Of a stretch of DNA of 64,000 nucleotides, positions 1 to 15,602 are shown piece by piece. The notes below the pieces were generated by a model, which saw nothing but the letters and a program-made list of their open reading frames with translations, was not told the DNA's origin and made no database searches. Each line of letters starts with the position of its first letter. Within the stretch, counting starts at the first letter, position 1. Where the stretch lies: the NCBI GenBank assembly GCA_951406725.2, contig OX597814.1, positions 47,492,001-47,556,000 of the forward strand. The letters run 5' to 3'. The stretch is from Octopus vulgaris (taxonomy: Eukaryota). Both the position numbers and the translations under genes were made by a program.

Positions 1-960
1 AATCTCTCCATGACTCGCAATTCCTTTAACCTAACCTGCATCCAGTACTGCAGCTAAATTATTTTGATCTCTTGTTAAAAAAGCTCTAACAACTTTACAG
101 AAATCTCTTTTCCACCACTACCCAAACATGATGGGTCAATGAGCTGTACTGACCACGAAGAAAGCCTCGGCATTTACTGCCCACTTTTCATCCAATTCCA
201 TACCAGACACAGTAAATCTTCTCAAAACTATCTCCTACTCCATTAAGTTCACCGCCATGCAAACACACACACCAAATACACAAATACCCTCGGTCGTTTC
301 AAATTAGTGAGTCTACGGCCTTTAAAATGTCCCTTCCATTATCCGCAAACAGTACACCTCAGAGTAAGCCCAAATTGTCATCAAACTTTTCAGTCTCTAT
401 CTCTCTCTCCCTCCCTTCCCCCTCTCCCCAGTTACTTGCAGTTCCCACGAGATATAGCTATTTCTTTACTAACCACAAGGGGATAAACACAGAGGGGACA
501 AACAAGGACAGACAAACAGATTAAGTCGACCCCAGTGCGCAACTGGTACTTATTTAATCAACCCCGAAAGAATGAAAGGCAAAGTCAACCTCGGCGGAAT
601 TTGAACTCAGCGCGTAGCGGCAGACGAAATACCGCTTAGCATTTTGCCCGACGTGCTAACGTTTCTGCCAGCTCACCGCCTTACCCACGAGATATAGCAT
701 TGAACACATTCTGAAACGAAGGCACAACAACTTAATCTCTTCCAATTGCTCAAAGATACAATGTTTATGCATATCAGAGAAACAGTTCACCTCATCTTCT
801 CAAGTCTTGAACAACACATAACTAAAGCGCTCAAAATATCTACAAATGCTAGATGGTATTTCTGTAACAGACACGTAAATCCTACATTGCATCAAAACGT
901 TGACCATTCGCTTGATTAGCCACAGATACATGGTTTCCTCTCTTGCAAGATGGAGCAAAC
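1..960 (+). mobile_element. Decayed CR1/jockey-group LINE ORF2 fragment, interrupted by a SINE
   Basis: Broken translation of 90-210 resembles the LINE EN-RT linker (S.FPPL...DGS....D..KA..F...F.SNS); many stops and frameshifts. Confidence 0.35.
459..683 (-). mobile_element. tRNA-derived SINE family A with 15-bp TSD
   Basis: Minus strand GGCGGTGAGCTGGCAGAAACG...GAGTTCAAATTCC (A/B-box-like) followed by CTTTCATTCTTTCGGGGTTGATTAAATAAGTACC; flanked by CCCACGAGATATAGC at 444-458 and 684-698. Confidence 0.9.
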
Positions 961-1503
961 TTGTTCAATAATATCGTTAATACAGACTACAGCAATAGCA
1001 GTTTAATTTGTGCCAATCAGCGAGGTAGAACTACATATCATATAACATCCTTCTGCTAAGTGGAAGTCTATAAAAAATGTCTAAAAAACGAAAACCACAT
1101 GTTAACACAAACTTATTTCATTTATAAAATCCCATATTGTTTTGACATTAAAACTGAAAACTGAATTTGATGAGAACCACGATGGAATTTTTTTTTTTGT
1201 ATTCGAACATTGTCCATGACCCCTGATAAACGGTGAATCCACACGACTTGATAGGTGGGAATTCAAACCGATATTCGGTTATTGAAGATAAAATGCATTA
1301 CCATTCAGCTATCATTTGATATAAATAATTATAATATTACCATAGCGCTACTGTAACCTTGTTACAGGCCATTAACATCCAAGCCAGGCTTTATGAAATA
1401 AAATCATTGGTGCGTTATTTGCAACTTTTCCTCTAGCATTGTATGTGCGCATGTGTAACATGGATACATATGTGTGTGTATGTGTGCATGTGTGTGCGCA
1501 CGG

Positions 1504-1609
<106 letters not shown>

Positions 1610-2304
1610 GTGCGTGCGTAAAAATGAGAAAACAGTGTTTGAGCAGCCGCACACATGAGTCAATGATATATAGTTTTACATTTTTTTAAGCTTTCAAGTC
1701 GCCACAAAACATTATATATAAATGAAAGTTTTTAACATCTAACTGGAATTAAATTGAATTCCAGGCCATAACTACAGAGACATCTCGTTGACATTACTAA
1801 ACTCTAAATGTCGACTTCACCTTGGCTGATTTCTGAAAAGCTGTAAAAGAAATTTGATCAAAGTTTTATTTCTTTTTTATTTTCAGTTAATTTATCTGTG
1901 CATTGATGTTTGAAAGTTATTTTTATTTTTTATAGCAAAAGTTTTACAAGAAACTGTAAAAGCGAAGCGTAAATGTTATCGTATCATACAGCTGCGATCC
2001 GAGGTTTAATATATTACGTAAGCTCTTTGAAGTTAGTAAGCTCCTTGGCAAATGCTGTAGATTATAGAGGAAGAAGTTATTTTAGAAGTAGAAGCAGAAA
2101 TAAATTGTAATAAGGAGGAGGAAAAACAGATTTAAAAAAAAAAAAGCAGTTCGAAATTCTTCTTTTAAGTGAAACCAGCTGAATGGATTGTAGCTTTCAT
2201 GTTAAAAAAATCATCTTTCCATATTTTTACTCAAGCAAGTATTAAGGCGAATACACCCACATACACACATCACACACACACACATATATATATATATATC
2301 TACA

Positions 2305-2379
<75 letters not shown>

Positions 2380-3024
2380 ATGAATATATGCGTGTCTAAA
2401 ACAGAAAGAAGAAGAAAAAAACGTTCGAGTTGCGATAGACTATATTGATGGAAGTGTTATATATAATATTCTAAGGAAACTGTTTGATATCTCGAGCAAA
2501 TAAGGTCACATTTTCTTCTTAAATCTGAAGAGGAAACGCAGAAAGAGAAGCTACGGAAGCCAAATATAAACTATACACACACGCGCGCGTGCATACACAT
2601 ACATACCTGTATTCATGCACGCCTACATATATATACTCATATCTAATAGTCTAATATATTTTAATCCCAATAAATGAATGTATCCGATATTACTTTACAT
2701 CAAAAGAAAACTTGTACCGCCCAAAATATTGAAATGTTAGGTCATCATATACATATATATACACACACACACACACAATATTTCCTCCTTCTCCACTCCC
2801 CTTCCTCTCCCTCTAACGAACATTGCTAATCCAACGTCTGCATTTCAGAACGTCTATCCATTTAGAATCTACTATATTTTTCCTCGCTCTTTGAATATGA
2901 AAAGCGGATGCTTTTTCTTCTAGAAAGATGTAAGTCAAGTATGTTGTAAATCTCTTTTTCAATCTTGGAAACCTGAGTTCGTATTCCGTCTTTGAAATTA
3001 TATCGTTTGAACTTTACTCTAGAG

Positions 3025-3224
3025 CAGTGCTTTTCAACATTTTTGCTGGAGCGGAACCCCAGGAAACATTCCACTGGCTCGAGGAACCCCTGTGCAATAA
3101 TTTAATAGTCTTATGCACACATATCTGCACAGGAGAATTAAAAATTACTGCCGATTTTAGCAGTTTTGTAACTTCTTGCGGAACCCCTGGACTGTACTGG
3201 CGGAACCCTGGTTGAAAACCACTG
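3025..3224. mobile_element. hAT-type MITE (200 bp)
   Basis: TIRs CAGTGCTTTTCAAC / GTTGAAAACCACTG (13/14 match); 8-bp TSD CTCTAGAG at 3017-3024 and 3225-3232; internal CGGAACCC repeats. Confidence 0.92.
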
Positions 3225-3479
3225 CTCTAGAGAATCAGTCTACATACATATTTTTCCTGTGTGTCAGTGTGTGTATAAGTACGCGCGCGTGTGTGCACGC
3301 ACACGCACACACACACATAGTATTCCGCTCTTTGCTCGACGATACGATGACATCTGGAAAGAAACTTTGGTAACTATAGATTGAGAAGCTGCCGTGGGTC
3401 GCAGAAGAGAAGAAAAGACTAAAGAGATGAAACAGAGAGAAGGTCCGATATAAATCGGTGAGGGTGGTGTTCAAGAACA

Positions 3480-4790
3480 AAAGACAGGCTCACAGTGAGC
3501 AATCGTTTTAAATTAATCAGATACGCAAGTGTTCGACGAAGTACCACCACTGAAATTGCAAATACGCTAAATCTGATGAAGAAAGGATAAAACCCAGAAG
3601 GAGATGGTATAACAGCAGAAATATTATAGAGAAGAGCAGCTGTAGAAAATTCTCGTTCTACATTCTAAATTCGATATTTAAAAGAAGGAAAATACTCTGT
3701 GGAAGTTGTCACATAAAATGTTGCTTTATAAGAAAGGTGATTGGAAAAACCTGAGAGACTGTCGCCTCATATGTCACGTATCTCATCTCTGTATACTGTT
3801 TACAAAGATCATATTCACCAGGCTGTCGAAATATGCCGACCATTACCAGCCGAGAGAGGGAATAGGTTTTCGAAAGAATTACAGCTTCTAACTTCTCAAA
3901 TGAACAAAACTATATAGGCTGCCCCTTTGTAACACCTTCGCAGAGTTCAAGAGGAGCCTTCAACACGCCGCTGTGTATGCGGAGCTGAAGTTTCCTGGGA
4001 CTTTTCGGTGAGGCGAACTCAAGATGTACCATCGATTACAACCCGTAAAAGTCCCAGTCGGGAAGGGTGTCATCAGACAAGGAGATACTATCTTACCAAA
4101 ATTCTTCATCGTATGTCTCGAAATAGTCCATCAATAACACGGTGGCACCAAAATCAATGACATGCTACAAACACATTTCCAATTTGCGGACGACATCGTG
4201 TTCAGTGCAAAAACTTCAGATCAGCTGCAGATGATGCTGACAAAGCTAGATGCTCAGGGTTCAGCAGTAAGACTTAAAATAAACCGAATGTAAACAAAAT
4301 GCATGTGGTCCGAAACCGTAACACAAGGCCAGATAATTGTAGGAAGAGGTGAACGTGTACGTCTATTTAGGACAGACAGTAAATATATGCCGAAACATGA
4401 ACGATGAAATTTCGCGCAAAGCAAAATCAAGGTGGAAGGTGTTTGCCTCAATTGAAGATGTGCTCAATGCACAGCTGGATAAGACTCTGTGTATTAATCT
4501 CTTCAATAGCATTGTTCTACTTGAACTCTTATTCCGGACTGAGACGTGAGCTACTACGAGGAAGGAAGAACAACGACTGTCTGCAACACAAAGGGCCATG
4601 AAAAATATCTACGCTCGGAATATCCGAAATTAGCTAATTGGAGAACGGAGTGGGGTGAACGCTGTAATCACGGAATACCGAAAACAATTTCCGCTGGGCC
4701 GGACATGTCACAAGTTTCACAGACAACAGATGGACTTGTGTAGCTGTGTAATGGTATCCAAGAGACCGGAAGAGACCACGTTCAGAGATG
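3480..4790 (+). mobile_element. Decayed RTE-clade LINE reverse transcriptase
   Basis: Fragments GDGITAE, KKGD..NL...R.IC..SHL..LFTKII..RL, QPRE..GFRK, RQGDTI.PKFF, FADDIV, YVYLGQ across several frames. Confidence 0.85.
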
Positions 4791-5469
4791 TTACCGTACT
4801 AGCCAAAGATTAGATTATCGTTTCCCTCATTACATTATTTCTAATTCTAATGACATGGGAGCTCGTTACGTGAATCCATTATTTTATTTTGTCTTTGTTT
4901 TGTTGACTTAATCATTGTTCAGAAATGTTTACCTCACCTCGACAAAGGTACAATATTGAATCATGCTCGCCACATTAAATGTATAAGCACTGACTTCACC
5001 TTAGGAGTGGATGGCTATTCAAGAAGACCTTGTTTAACTAGCGGTGATCGGGAACATATACCGATTTTATGAGTCATCGTAACTTGACAAAAGGCAAAAT
5101 AGTGTTTTATTTATCCTTAAGCTTATAGCTGGAAATTATCCGACCAGCTTTACTTCTTTATCATCTACAACCATATTTTGTATATTTTATTACCGACCAA
5201 CGTGTTTGAATATTGCAGGAAATTATTAGAATTTTATGGGACATATTTGGTGTCAGTTTCCAGCTTGGTCACTGTAAAGATCTTGGTCACTGTAAAGATC
5301 AAGTAAAAGATCTTATTAAAACTGAATATAGCAAATTCCATTCAAACGTACTTTTTTATATTTAAAAAAAAAAGCATTATTTTAAAGTTGACTGGCAGCA
5401 AAAATGAAATGACTCTACTACAGTTTAAATTGAATTATTTTAAGTTCTTTGAAGATTTGGACAATTGGC

Positions 5470-5600
<131 letters not shown>

Positions 5601-5763
5601 TTACATATACATATGTATGTGACAAAACCTCGCATATATGTTACGTAATAAATTATAAATAAATGATGCTAGTAAGAAAGTATAGTATAATTAACATTTT
5701 TAACTATTTTAAGATGGTAATGTAAAATGATGAAACTAAGTACTGCTTGTTACTGATTCGATA

Positions 5764-5963
5764 AAGAAGAAGAAGAAGAAGAAGAAGAAGAAGAAGAAGA
5801 AGAAGAAGAAGAAGAAGAAGAAGAGGAGGAGGAGGAGGAGGAGGAAGAAGAAGAAGAAGAAGAAAAAGAAGAGGAGGAGGAAGAAGAAGAAGAAGAAGAA
5901 GAAAAAGAAGAAGAGGAGGAGGAGGAGCAAGAAGAAGAAGAAGAAGAAGAAGAAGAAGAAGAA
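5764..5963. repeat. (GAA/GAG)n polypurine microsatellite
   Basis: Direct reading. Confidence 0.97.
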
Positions 5964-6410
5964 ATCAAATCCTATCGGAGTCAACTTTACCTTTCACTTA
6001 TTCAGGGTTGATTAAGAAATACTCAGTTAATTTAATCGATGCTGCTATTCCTTGAGTACCACTACCAAAATACGCGGCTTGAGTCAGTGTTAGAAATCAA
6101 TATTTAATCGAAAGAGTCATTTGATGGACGCTGTACAATACGGCGAAACGAATTTCGATTTCCGGCGGAGACCAATTCATTTCGCTTGAAATAGAATGCT
6201 GTGTAGCACGCATGCCTTTTCTGGCGAGCATATTTAGGAAAAAGATGGAGTCTGGACAGTCAAATCTTTTCCTAAGGTATTTTATGGTGTTAAACTGGAA
6301 ATTGGAATTAACTCATGGTTCCATATCATTGAGAAGTTATCTCTTACTCTACGGTGCTTGTCTCTATGTTTTATAAATGGTTACTGCTTTCATAAATGAA
6401 AGAGGAGGCA

Positions 6411-6458
<48 letters not shown>

Positions 6459-6702
6459 TAAAATCGAGTTCAGCTAAGCTAGAAGAAAGAGCTTGTTATA
6501 ACATGAAATATGGAAATTTCACCGATTGGATGTATAGCCACAGTACAATGGCTGAGAGCATTCAAACAGTGAAAGAGTTTTGCTGTAAAAGCTCAAGTGA
6601 TATATCGTAATTTCTCGGCAGTGCAACGATGGTGTATCGAACTTATCGTAGTTTGTGAAGTCCTAATTTCAGTTTGCCTTTTAATAATATCAAGAAAAAG
6701 TT

Positions 6703-7320
6703 AGACAGTGAGCTGGCGGAATCATTAACATGCTGAGTAAAATGCTAAACGGCATTTCGTTGGTCTTTACGTTCTGAGTTCAAATTCCGCCGAGGTCGAC
6801 TTTACCTTTTCTTGCTAAAATAAGTGCCAGTTGAGCGCTGGTGTCAATGTAACCGACAATACTCCCACCTCCGAAATTGCTGGCTTTGTGCCAAAATTTG
6901 AAACCAATATTTCAGAAGAAAAAGTGGCAAGCTAGCAGAATCGTTACCACGTCGGATGAAATGCTTAGCGGTATTTCGTCTGCCGTTACGTTCTGAGTTC
7001 AAATTCCGCCGAGGTCGACTTTGCCTTTCATCTTTTCGGGGTCGATAAATTAAGTACCAGTTATGCACTGTAGTCGTTGTAATCGACTTAATCCGTTTGT
7101 CTGTCCTTGTTTGTCCCCTCTGTGTTTAGCCCCTAGTGGGTAGTAAAAAAATAGGTATTTCTTTCAAGTTCACTTTCTGAGTTCAAAGTCTACTAAGTCA
7201 CTTTGCTTTTCTTCCTTTCAGGGTCGATAAAATAAAGTATTCGTCAAGTACTGAGGTCAATGTAATCGACTTGTCCTCCCCCACCTTAAAATTGCTAGCC
7301 TTGTGCTAAAATTGAAAAGA
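6703..7320 (+). mobile_element. Cluster of three tandem family-A SINE units
   Basis: Repeated GTTCTGAGTTCAAATTCCGCCGAGGTCGACTTT core near 6770 and 6990, with a degenerate copy near 7175. Confidence 0.85.
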
Positions 7321-8457
7321 ATATTATATCAGAAGAATGGTATATTTAGAAAAAAATGATGGCCTTACGGAATTTAATTTTGCTTCTCTTCATTCTAAGA
7401 TCAGGTTCCTCGAGTCAATTAGTCACTCGACCTGCTAGAAATAGGAGCTAAATCTCTGATCTATCGGCTTAACAAGGAAAGTGAGCCTAAAATGTAGAAG
7501 GGGTAGTTGTAGCTGAAACGCTTTGCTTAATCAGTTTTGACATAGGCTAAAAAAAAAAACGCAAAACAATAACCAAAATCTGACATTCTAATATGATTTG
7601 AATGTCTTGGTTCTATGACGTAATGCTAGAACTACATAGCTACAATATCGTACATTTATTTATAAAGAGAAAAAATAGGTAACACATTCATACTGAACTT
7701 TTTTCTTCTCTCAACGTCAAATGTTTTTACTTAGTCGTTTATTAAGTCGTCCATTGACATCGTTAAATGGACGCTTTCATTCTTGCCGAATTCATAAATC
7801 TGTTAATTCTTGGGTTCGATGATGACATTTCTAGAATGTTCTAGTCAACTGAATAAACGATACGAATTCTTTTAATCGTCTGACCATGCCGACCGAAGTA
7901 AATATTTGTTGATGAAAAACCTCTGACTTCACTCCTGAATGTGTATCTTATTTAATTGGGCTCTGTTCATACGAAAGGTTGAAGCTGTTTATTTATTTGG
8001 CTTCTACTGTTATACTTTTGCCTCCTTCAAAGTTAAGACGTTGATGAGAGTAAATGTAAACATTGCATACATAGTCTAGATACTTTGTGAAGTGAGTGGC
8101 AGAGAACTAGTAAGCGTATCATGTTTTCCTTCTCGAGAATCTCTCACGAGACAAACACCCCGAAAATAATAAGACAGAGATATTTATATTAGACGTTTAG
8201 GGCGCCGCTATTAGCAGACGTTATTTGACCTGTTGGTCCTTTGAAACTGTGATTATTGTCGACATTTTTGCGTATTTTAAACGAACTTTACACGAAAGTT
8301 ATAAAACAAATATTTGCCCTTTGACTTAATAGCATTATACATATACATTCACATACACACACACACATCTATGTATGTACATTTGATTCTATGTAAGGAT
8401 GCATTTACGTATGTATATATGTATGTATGTGTATAAGTGTACGTCTAAATATATGTA

Positions 8458-8492
<35 letters not shown>

Positions 8493-8604
8493 TATGTAGC
8501 TATCTATCTATATGCGTATGACTGTGTGCATATATCGATAGGTAGATATGTATATATGTGCATATTTATAATATTAAGCATATACTTGCATTTATATATG
8601 TATA

Positions 8605-8638
<34 letters not shown>

Positions 8639-8843
8639 CACAGATGTGATCCAGAATTGAGCAGGTATAGAAGCTGTGCGCTTTACCATTAAGCTAAACG
8701 GCCTGCTGACAGTTTCAACCGCCGATTTAGACGTTTTCCACCTTGTAAAGATATTTATTCATTATTTCTGCTGTTCTAACGGCAATAGCGTTCGAAAAAT
8801 TATCAACTTCTTATTTGTATCGTACAATATACGTGTGTGTGTG

Positions 8844-8875
<32 letters not shown>

Positions 8876-8901
8876 TGTATGTATGTATGTATGTATGTAT
8901 G

Positions 8902-8954
<53 letters not shown>

Positions 8955-9546
8955 GGCGCAGGAGTGGCTGTGTGGTAAGTAGCTTGTCTACCAACCACAC
9001 GGTTGCGGGTTCAGTCCCACTGCGTGGCATCTTGGGCAAGTGTCTTCTGCTATAGCCCCGGGCCGACCAATGCCTTGTGAGTGGATTTGGTAGACGGAAA
9101 CTGAAAGAAGCCTGTCGTATATATGTATATATATGTATATGTGTGTGTGTTTGTGTGTCTGTGTTTGTCCCCCTAGCATTGCTTGACAACCGATGCTGGT
9201 GTGTTTACGTCCCCGTCACTTAGCGGTTCGGCAAAAAGAGACCGATAGAATAAGTACTAAAGGTGGTGCTCCAGCATGGCCGCAGTCAAATGACTGAAAC
9301 AAGTAAAAGAGTAAAAGAAAAGAGTATATATGTTTGTATGTCTGTGTTTGTCCCCCACCATCACTTGACAACCGTTGTTGGTGTGTTTACGTCCCCGTAA
9401 CTTACCGGTTCGACAAAAGAGACCTATAAAATAAATACTAGGCTTATGAAGAATAAGTCCTGGGGTCGACTTGTTCGGCTAAAAGGTGGTGCTCCAGCAT
9501 GGCCGCAATCAAATGACTGAAACAAAAGAGTAAAAGAATAAAAGAA
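8955..9546 (+). mobile_element. tRNA-derived SINE family B with duplicated 3' half
   Basis: GGAGTGGCTGTGTGGTAAG (A-box) and GGGTTCAGTCCCAC (B-box); CTTGGGCAAGTG core; tail GCTCCAGCATGGCCGCA..CAAATGACTGAAACAA present twice. Confidence 0.88.
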
Positions 9547-9568
9547 TCTATCTATCTATCTATATATA

Positions 9569-11057
<1,489 letters not shown>

Positions 11058-12675
11058 TATATATATAAAACTGAGAATGTGTGTCTGTCTGTCTGTCTGT
11101 CTGTGTGTTTCCCTAAAACTTGAGAACTACACAACCAATTTCATTCAAATTTTACACATGTCTTACTTAGGGTCCGGGGAGTGTCATCGGCAAAAGAATT
11201 TTAGCCTAGGGCGAGCCCACAGCAATATCATATCTTCTCCACTACGATTCCCTAAAACTTGAGAACAACACAACCAATTTCATTCAAATTTTACACATGC
11301 CTTACTTCGGGTCCATGTAGTTTTATGGGCAAAACAATGTTCAACTTCTTGCCTAGGGCGAGCCCATAGCAATATCATATCTTCTCCACTATTTCAGTAT
11401 TACGTGTTAAAAGTGAAACAAAAACATTTCTCTATTTTATGTCAGATACTTTCACTTTAACAATAAAAATTAGAGATAATGATAACTATTGAATTATATG
11501 TGGTAAGTAATAATTAAAATCAAACTAAAGTACAATATAATCGTAACATTACAAAAGTAAAAATAGCAATTGGTATAAAATTGCATCAATGACTTGAACA
11601 TGAATAAGTGGTTTCACATGAATAGAAATAAATTAAAAATAAAATTAGCGTGCAGAAATGGAATAGTCCAGATGGAGGTGTGCACATACCGTTTACTACG
11701 GCTTTTACATTAGATTATCTGCTAATTAGCTAGCATTAAGTATCTATATGAAGTTTAGCTGTATGTAATATCTGTTTTCTCGAATAGCCGCTTCTACTGA
11801 GTACTGCTGTTGGTTTATTTCCTATACATAAAGGACTACGTTGTTGTGTTGCATTTGTTAAATAATTGTAAAATGTAACCCTCCCCCTTTGGGAGAAGGA
11901 GCTTTGGTTATTGTTTAAAAATTAAATTGTGTCCCTGTTTGGGGAAATTGACAATATTTTCACCGTTTACACGGAAGTATTTTTGTTAGAATGCCTTCGA
12001 TAGAAGAAAGTCCAAAAATGAATTTCGCTGCAGCCGTCGGCGGGCGCGAACTCATTAAAATTAAAATGGAAGAAATACGATTGATCACCGACAAAGACGG
12101 TGAATCTAGGATAACACCACCAAACGAAATAAAAAATTAAATTAAAGAAAAGTCTATTGTCTATAAAGTATACAATGTAGAGAAAAAAAAAGATTTGAAC
12201 ACCTGGAGAAAAGCACCATCGAAAAGTGTCTTGGTGCGACTATGAAAGATATCTAACCAGAGGCGGTAAATTCTCCACAATAGAAGCAAGGTTCGAGTCA
12301 ACGGAGCGTGAAAGGGAGTACTCGACTCGAACCTTGCAAAGTGGAAATATTTTATTTTTACCTTTATATCTGGGACGTAGGACGTCCCGGATAAAAATTT
12401 AAAATGTCCCCCCAGAAGTAGTTGTAGGCTGGATTGTAGCCACACTTCTATACACGAGGGAGGACAAGATACAATTGATCGAAATTGCAAGAGACGGGCC
12501 TACAATTCCAGTCTGTTATATATTTTGAGTATTGTTATCACTAGCGATATCAAGATATAACTTTGTATTTTATGTGTAGATGTATATATATAGATGTACA
12601 TGTAATATGTACACATATATAAACATATATACATACACTAGCACTATGACCCGGCAACGACGGGTCATAATACTA

Positions 12676-12676
<1 letters not shown>
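11058..12676 (+). mobile_element. Non-autonomous Helitron, copy 2 (head-to-tail with copy 1)
   Basis: Highly similar to 9733-11057 with different internal indels; hairpin ACCCGGCAACGACGGGT then CTAG (12673-12676). Confidence 0.75.
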
Positions 12677-12721
<45 letters not shown>

Positions 12722-12724
<3 letters not shown>

Positions 12725-13330
12725 AGCAGAGACACCCGGCGTTGCTCGGGATTGAAATGGCATAGTTTGTATATGTATTACAGTTATGTTGAAATAGGTG
12801 ATATGGGAAAGTGCAGCATTGACAACAAAACATTTGTGGAGTAAATGATGGGCTAATTTGACTAAGCAACATGCTATGCGTCCGTTTGGAGTACTTCAGG
12901 CCCTAACCTGTGTAAGCCAACGAGGGAGACCTCTACATGGTAGCTAGACCTTGCAGAAATAGCAGCCAAATCTCCCTGAAAACACCTTACTGTCTTAATC
13001 CGACAATTCTGCCTATTATGTAGTTTTAATGAGAAACTGTAACTAAAGATTAAGATTATTAACTCCACAGAGAGAGAGAGAGATAGAAGAAGAGAGACAG
13101 CATAGCGATGGTTTTGGTTGACTGTCCTCCCCTTGTTGCTTGCGAAATGGTATGAGCCGGATGTCTGAGGAACTGGTTGTTTTAATGCCGGAACAAACAG
13201 GACATAAAGAATACAAAAATAGCGATTCCCACTTTAAAACTAACAATTTTGTATGTATAATATATCAGTTGAATAAAATATATTTTTTAAAAAACGTGCA
13301 AACCAGACCATGTTTCAACTTTCTTCAACT
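12722..13330 (-). mobile_element. Probable third Helitron of another family, opposite orientation
   Basis: Minus-strand 3' end CCCGAGCAACGCCGGG-TGTCTCTG-CTGG (hairpin plus CTRR) abutting (TA)n; 5' boundary uncertain. Confidence 0.5.
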
Positions 13331-13354
13331 GATATATGTGTGTGTGTATGTATG

Positions 13355-13431
<77 letters not shown>

Positions 13432-13711
13432 CAACAATTGAGGGTAAAATTAATTAATTAATCAATTTCACCAAGTATTCAGTATACAAAGGGACCATTT
13501 AAGGCGAATTCAAATTATTACATTATATAAAAGGGCTTAGTAAAATAAATTACTTTGTCGCATACTGAACTCATTAGAAATAGCAGCTAAAAAAACTTTT
13601 TTAAAACTATCTCCAATACTTAAAGAAAATCTCTCTCATATAGTGTTTGCTCAATTCAACTCACGAAAGTATGAGGGTAGAGACATTAAAAAATCAAATG
13701 CAAAGGTTATT

Positions 13712-13764
13712 TGAGAACGTACGTTTCAAGATTAGTCAAAATCGACACTTCTATCATCAGCTCA
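13712..13764 (-). ncRNA. Type I hammerhead ribozyme (left-arm copy)
   Basis: Reverse complement of the 14226-14278 motif. Confidence 0.75.
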
Positions 13765-14225
13765 GAACTCCCTGGTTTGGATTTGAAAACACTGAAAGCG
13801 GGAGCATACCCTTTCGGCCTGTTATCGCTTCTGAAGATCTGTTCAAAACTAACAGTGTTAGCAAATTCAAATATGCAAACGAAGAATTTCTGCTCTCCCC
13901 TTTCCACCAGCGTGGGTTAAAATCAGCAAACACTATGTTTTTTTCGGTAAAATCCGAGGCATTATATAGAGAGAGATGAATTATAATTTCAACAATTGAG
14001 GGTAAAATTAATTAATTAATCAATTTCACCAAGTATTCAGTATACAAAGGGACCATTTAAGGCGAATTCAAATTATTACATTATATAAAAGGGCTTAGTA
14101 AAATTCTTCGTTTGCATATTTGAATTTGCTAACACTGTTAGTTTTGAACAGATCTTCAGAAGCGATAACAGGCCGAAAGGGTATGCTCCCGCTTTCAGTG
14201 TTTTCAAATCCAAACCAGGTAGTTC

Positions 14226-14278
14226 TGAGCTGATGATAGAAGTGTCGATTTTGACTAATCTTGAAACGTACGTTCTCA
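14226..14278 (+). ncRNA. Type I hammerhead ribozyme
   Basis: TGAG-CTGATGA-T-AGA..GTCGA TT TTGAC..TCT-T-GAAA-CGTACG-TT-CTCA: stem I TGAG/CTCA, palindromic stem III, GUU cleavage triplet. Confidence 0.78.
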
Positions 14279-14460
14279 AATAACCTTTGCATTTGATTTT
14301 TTAATGTCTCTACCCTCATACTTTCGTGAGTTGAATTGAGCAAACACTATATGAGAGAGATTTTCTTTAAGTATTGGAGATAGTTTTAAAAAAGTTTTTT
14401 TAGCTGCTATTTCTAATGAGTTCAGTATGCGGCAAAGTAATTTATTTTACTAAGCCCTTT

Positions 14461-14629
<169 letters not shown>

Positions 14630-15112
14630 AGATAGATAGATACGTATGTGCCTACGTTCCTACCTACCTACCTACATACATACATACATACATACGTACA
14701 TACATACATCCATCCATACATACATACATTCTTACATACATACAATAATTAAATGAACTCAAATCGGGTAAATACATAAGTGGAAACCATTTTTTTTGTT
14801 CCATTAGACGCTGTATCAGAATTAGATTCTCATCAAACAATATTATACTCCAACTCATTATATTCTAGCAACACATGTTTCTATTTTAATTAAAATTTAC
14901 TTCTTTGATTAAAATTTAAAGCGAAAATTAATACCATAATGAAAACATGACTTTCAATTCCTTGTTACATGAAAAGAAATCAGATATTCGGCTCTAACAT
15001 GGCTCTCTGTAGTTTAAGCTGATTCTGTCGGTGAATATCCGTCATACGTTTGGGCATATATGCATATCTGCATTTACTACACGAGCTTTCACATATATGC
15101 GTATATCTCCCG

Positions 15113-15162
<50 letters not shown>

Positions 15163-15234
15163 TCTTTTACTTGTTTCAGTCAGTTGACTGTGGCCATGCT
15201 GGGGCACCGCCTTTTAATATATATATATGCTTAT

Positions 15235-15275
<41 letters not shown>

Positions 15276-15292
15276 ACACAATGTTGTTTTTT

Positions 15293-15460
15293 TTCCTACT
15301 ACTATAGCCGCCAGGTCATGGAATTTTGAGATAGGGGCTTGTCGATTACATCAGCGCCCAGTGCTCAATTGATGCTTAATTATCGACCTCGAAAAGGGGA
15401 AATGCAAAGTCGACCTCTGTGGAATTTGAACTCAGAATGTAAAGCCGAGAGAAACGCGGC
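15293..15460 (-). mobile_element. Family-A SINE fragment
   Basis: AAAGTCGACCTCTGTGGAATTTGAACTCAGAA core. Confidence 0.75.
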
Positions 15461-15557
15461 GTCAAGTTTCAAAGGAAACAATTTTACATTAAACCGAAGT
15501 ATTACTCAATAGTTTTATAGAGTACATATTTATTATTCTTTAACAAAAATAGTATTG

Positions 15558-15602
15558 ACAGTGAATTCGAAGTTTCGGCCTAATAAGCCATCATCAGACT
15601 AT
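15558..15602 (-). ncRNA. Type I hammerhead ribozyme, with an inverted remnant at 15603-15625
   Basis: Minus strand ATAGT-CTGATGA-T-GGCTTATTAGGCC-GAAA-CTTCGAAT-TC-ACTGT; stem I ATAGT/ACTGT; plus-strand remnant CCGATGATGGCTTAGCCGAAA. Confidence 0.65.

Noticed and set aside
1935-2022. Candidate host exon (AG...GTAAG; VSYSCDPRF, Sushi-like)
   Set aside because: Stop codons in all three frames between the splice-like sites
5265-5300. 18-bp tandem duplication CTTGGTCACTGTAAAGAT (similar 21-bp case at 57795-57840)
   Set aside because: Ordinary local slippage duplication; no further structure
7640-8330. Mariner-like transposase remnant on the minus strand
   Set aside because: Only a vague resemblance; no clear motif or TIR could be read
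8955-9030. tRNA gene (also 52756-52830 and the family-A heads)
   Set aside because: A/B boxes are present but run into SINE bodies; no complete cloverleaf
13647-14343. Paired 110/82-aa ORFs as a duplicated gene
   Set aside because: They arise from the inverted repeat, begin at TTG, overlap the HHR and show no recognisable domain
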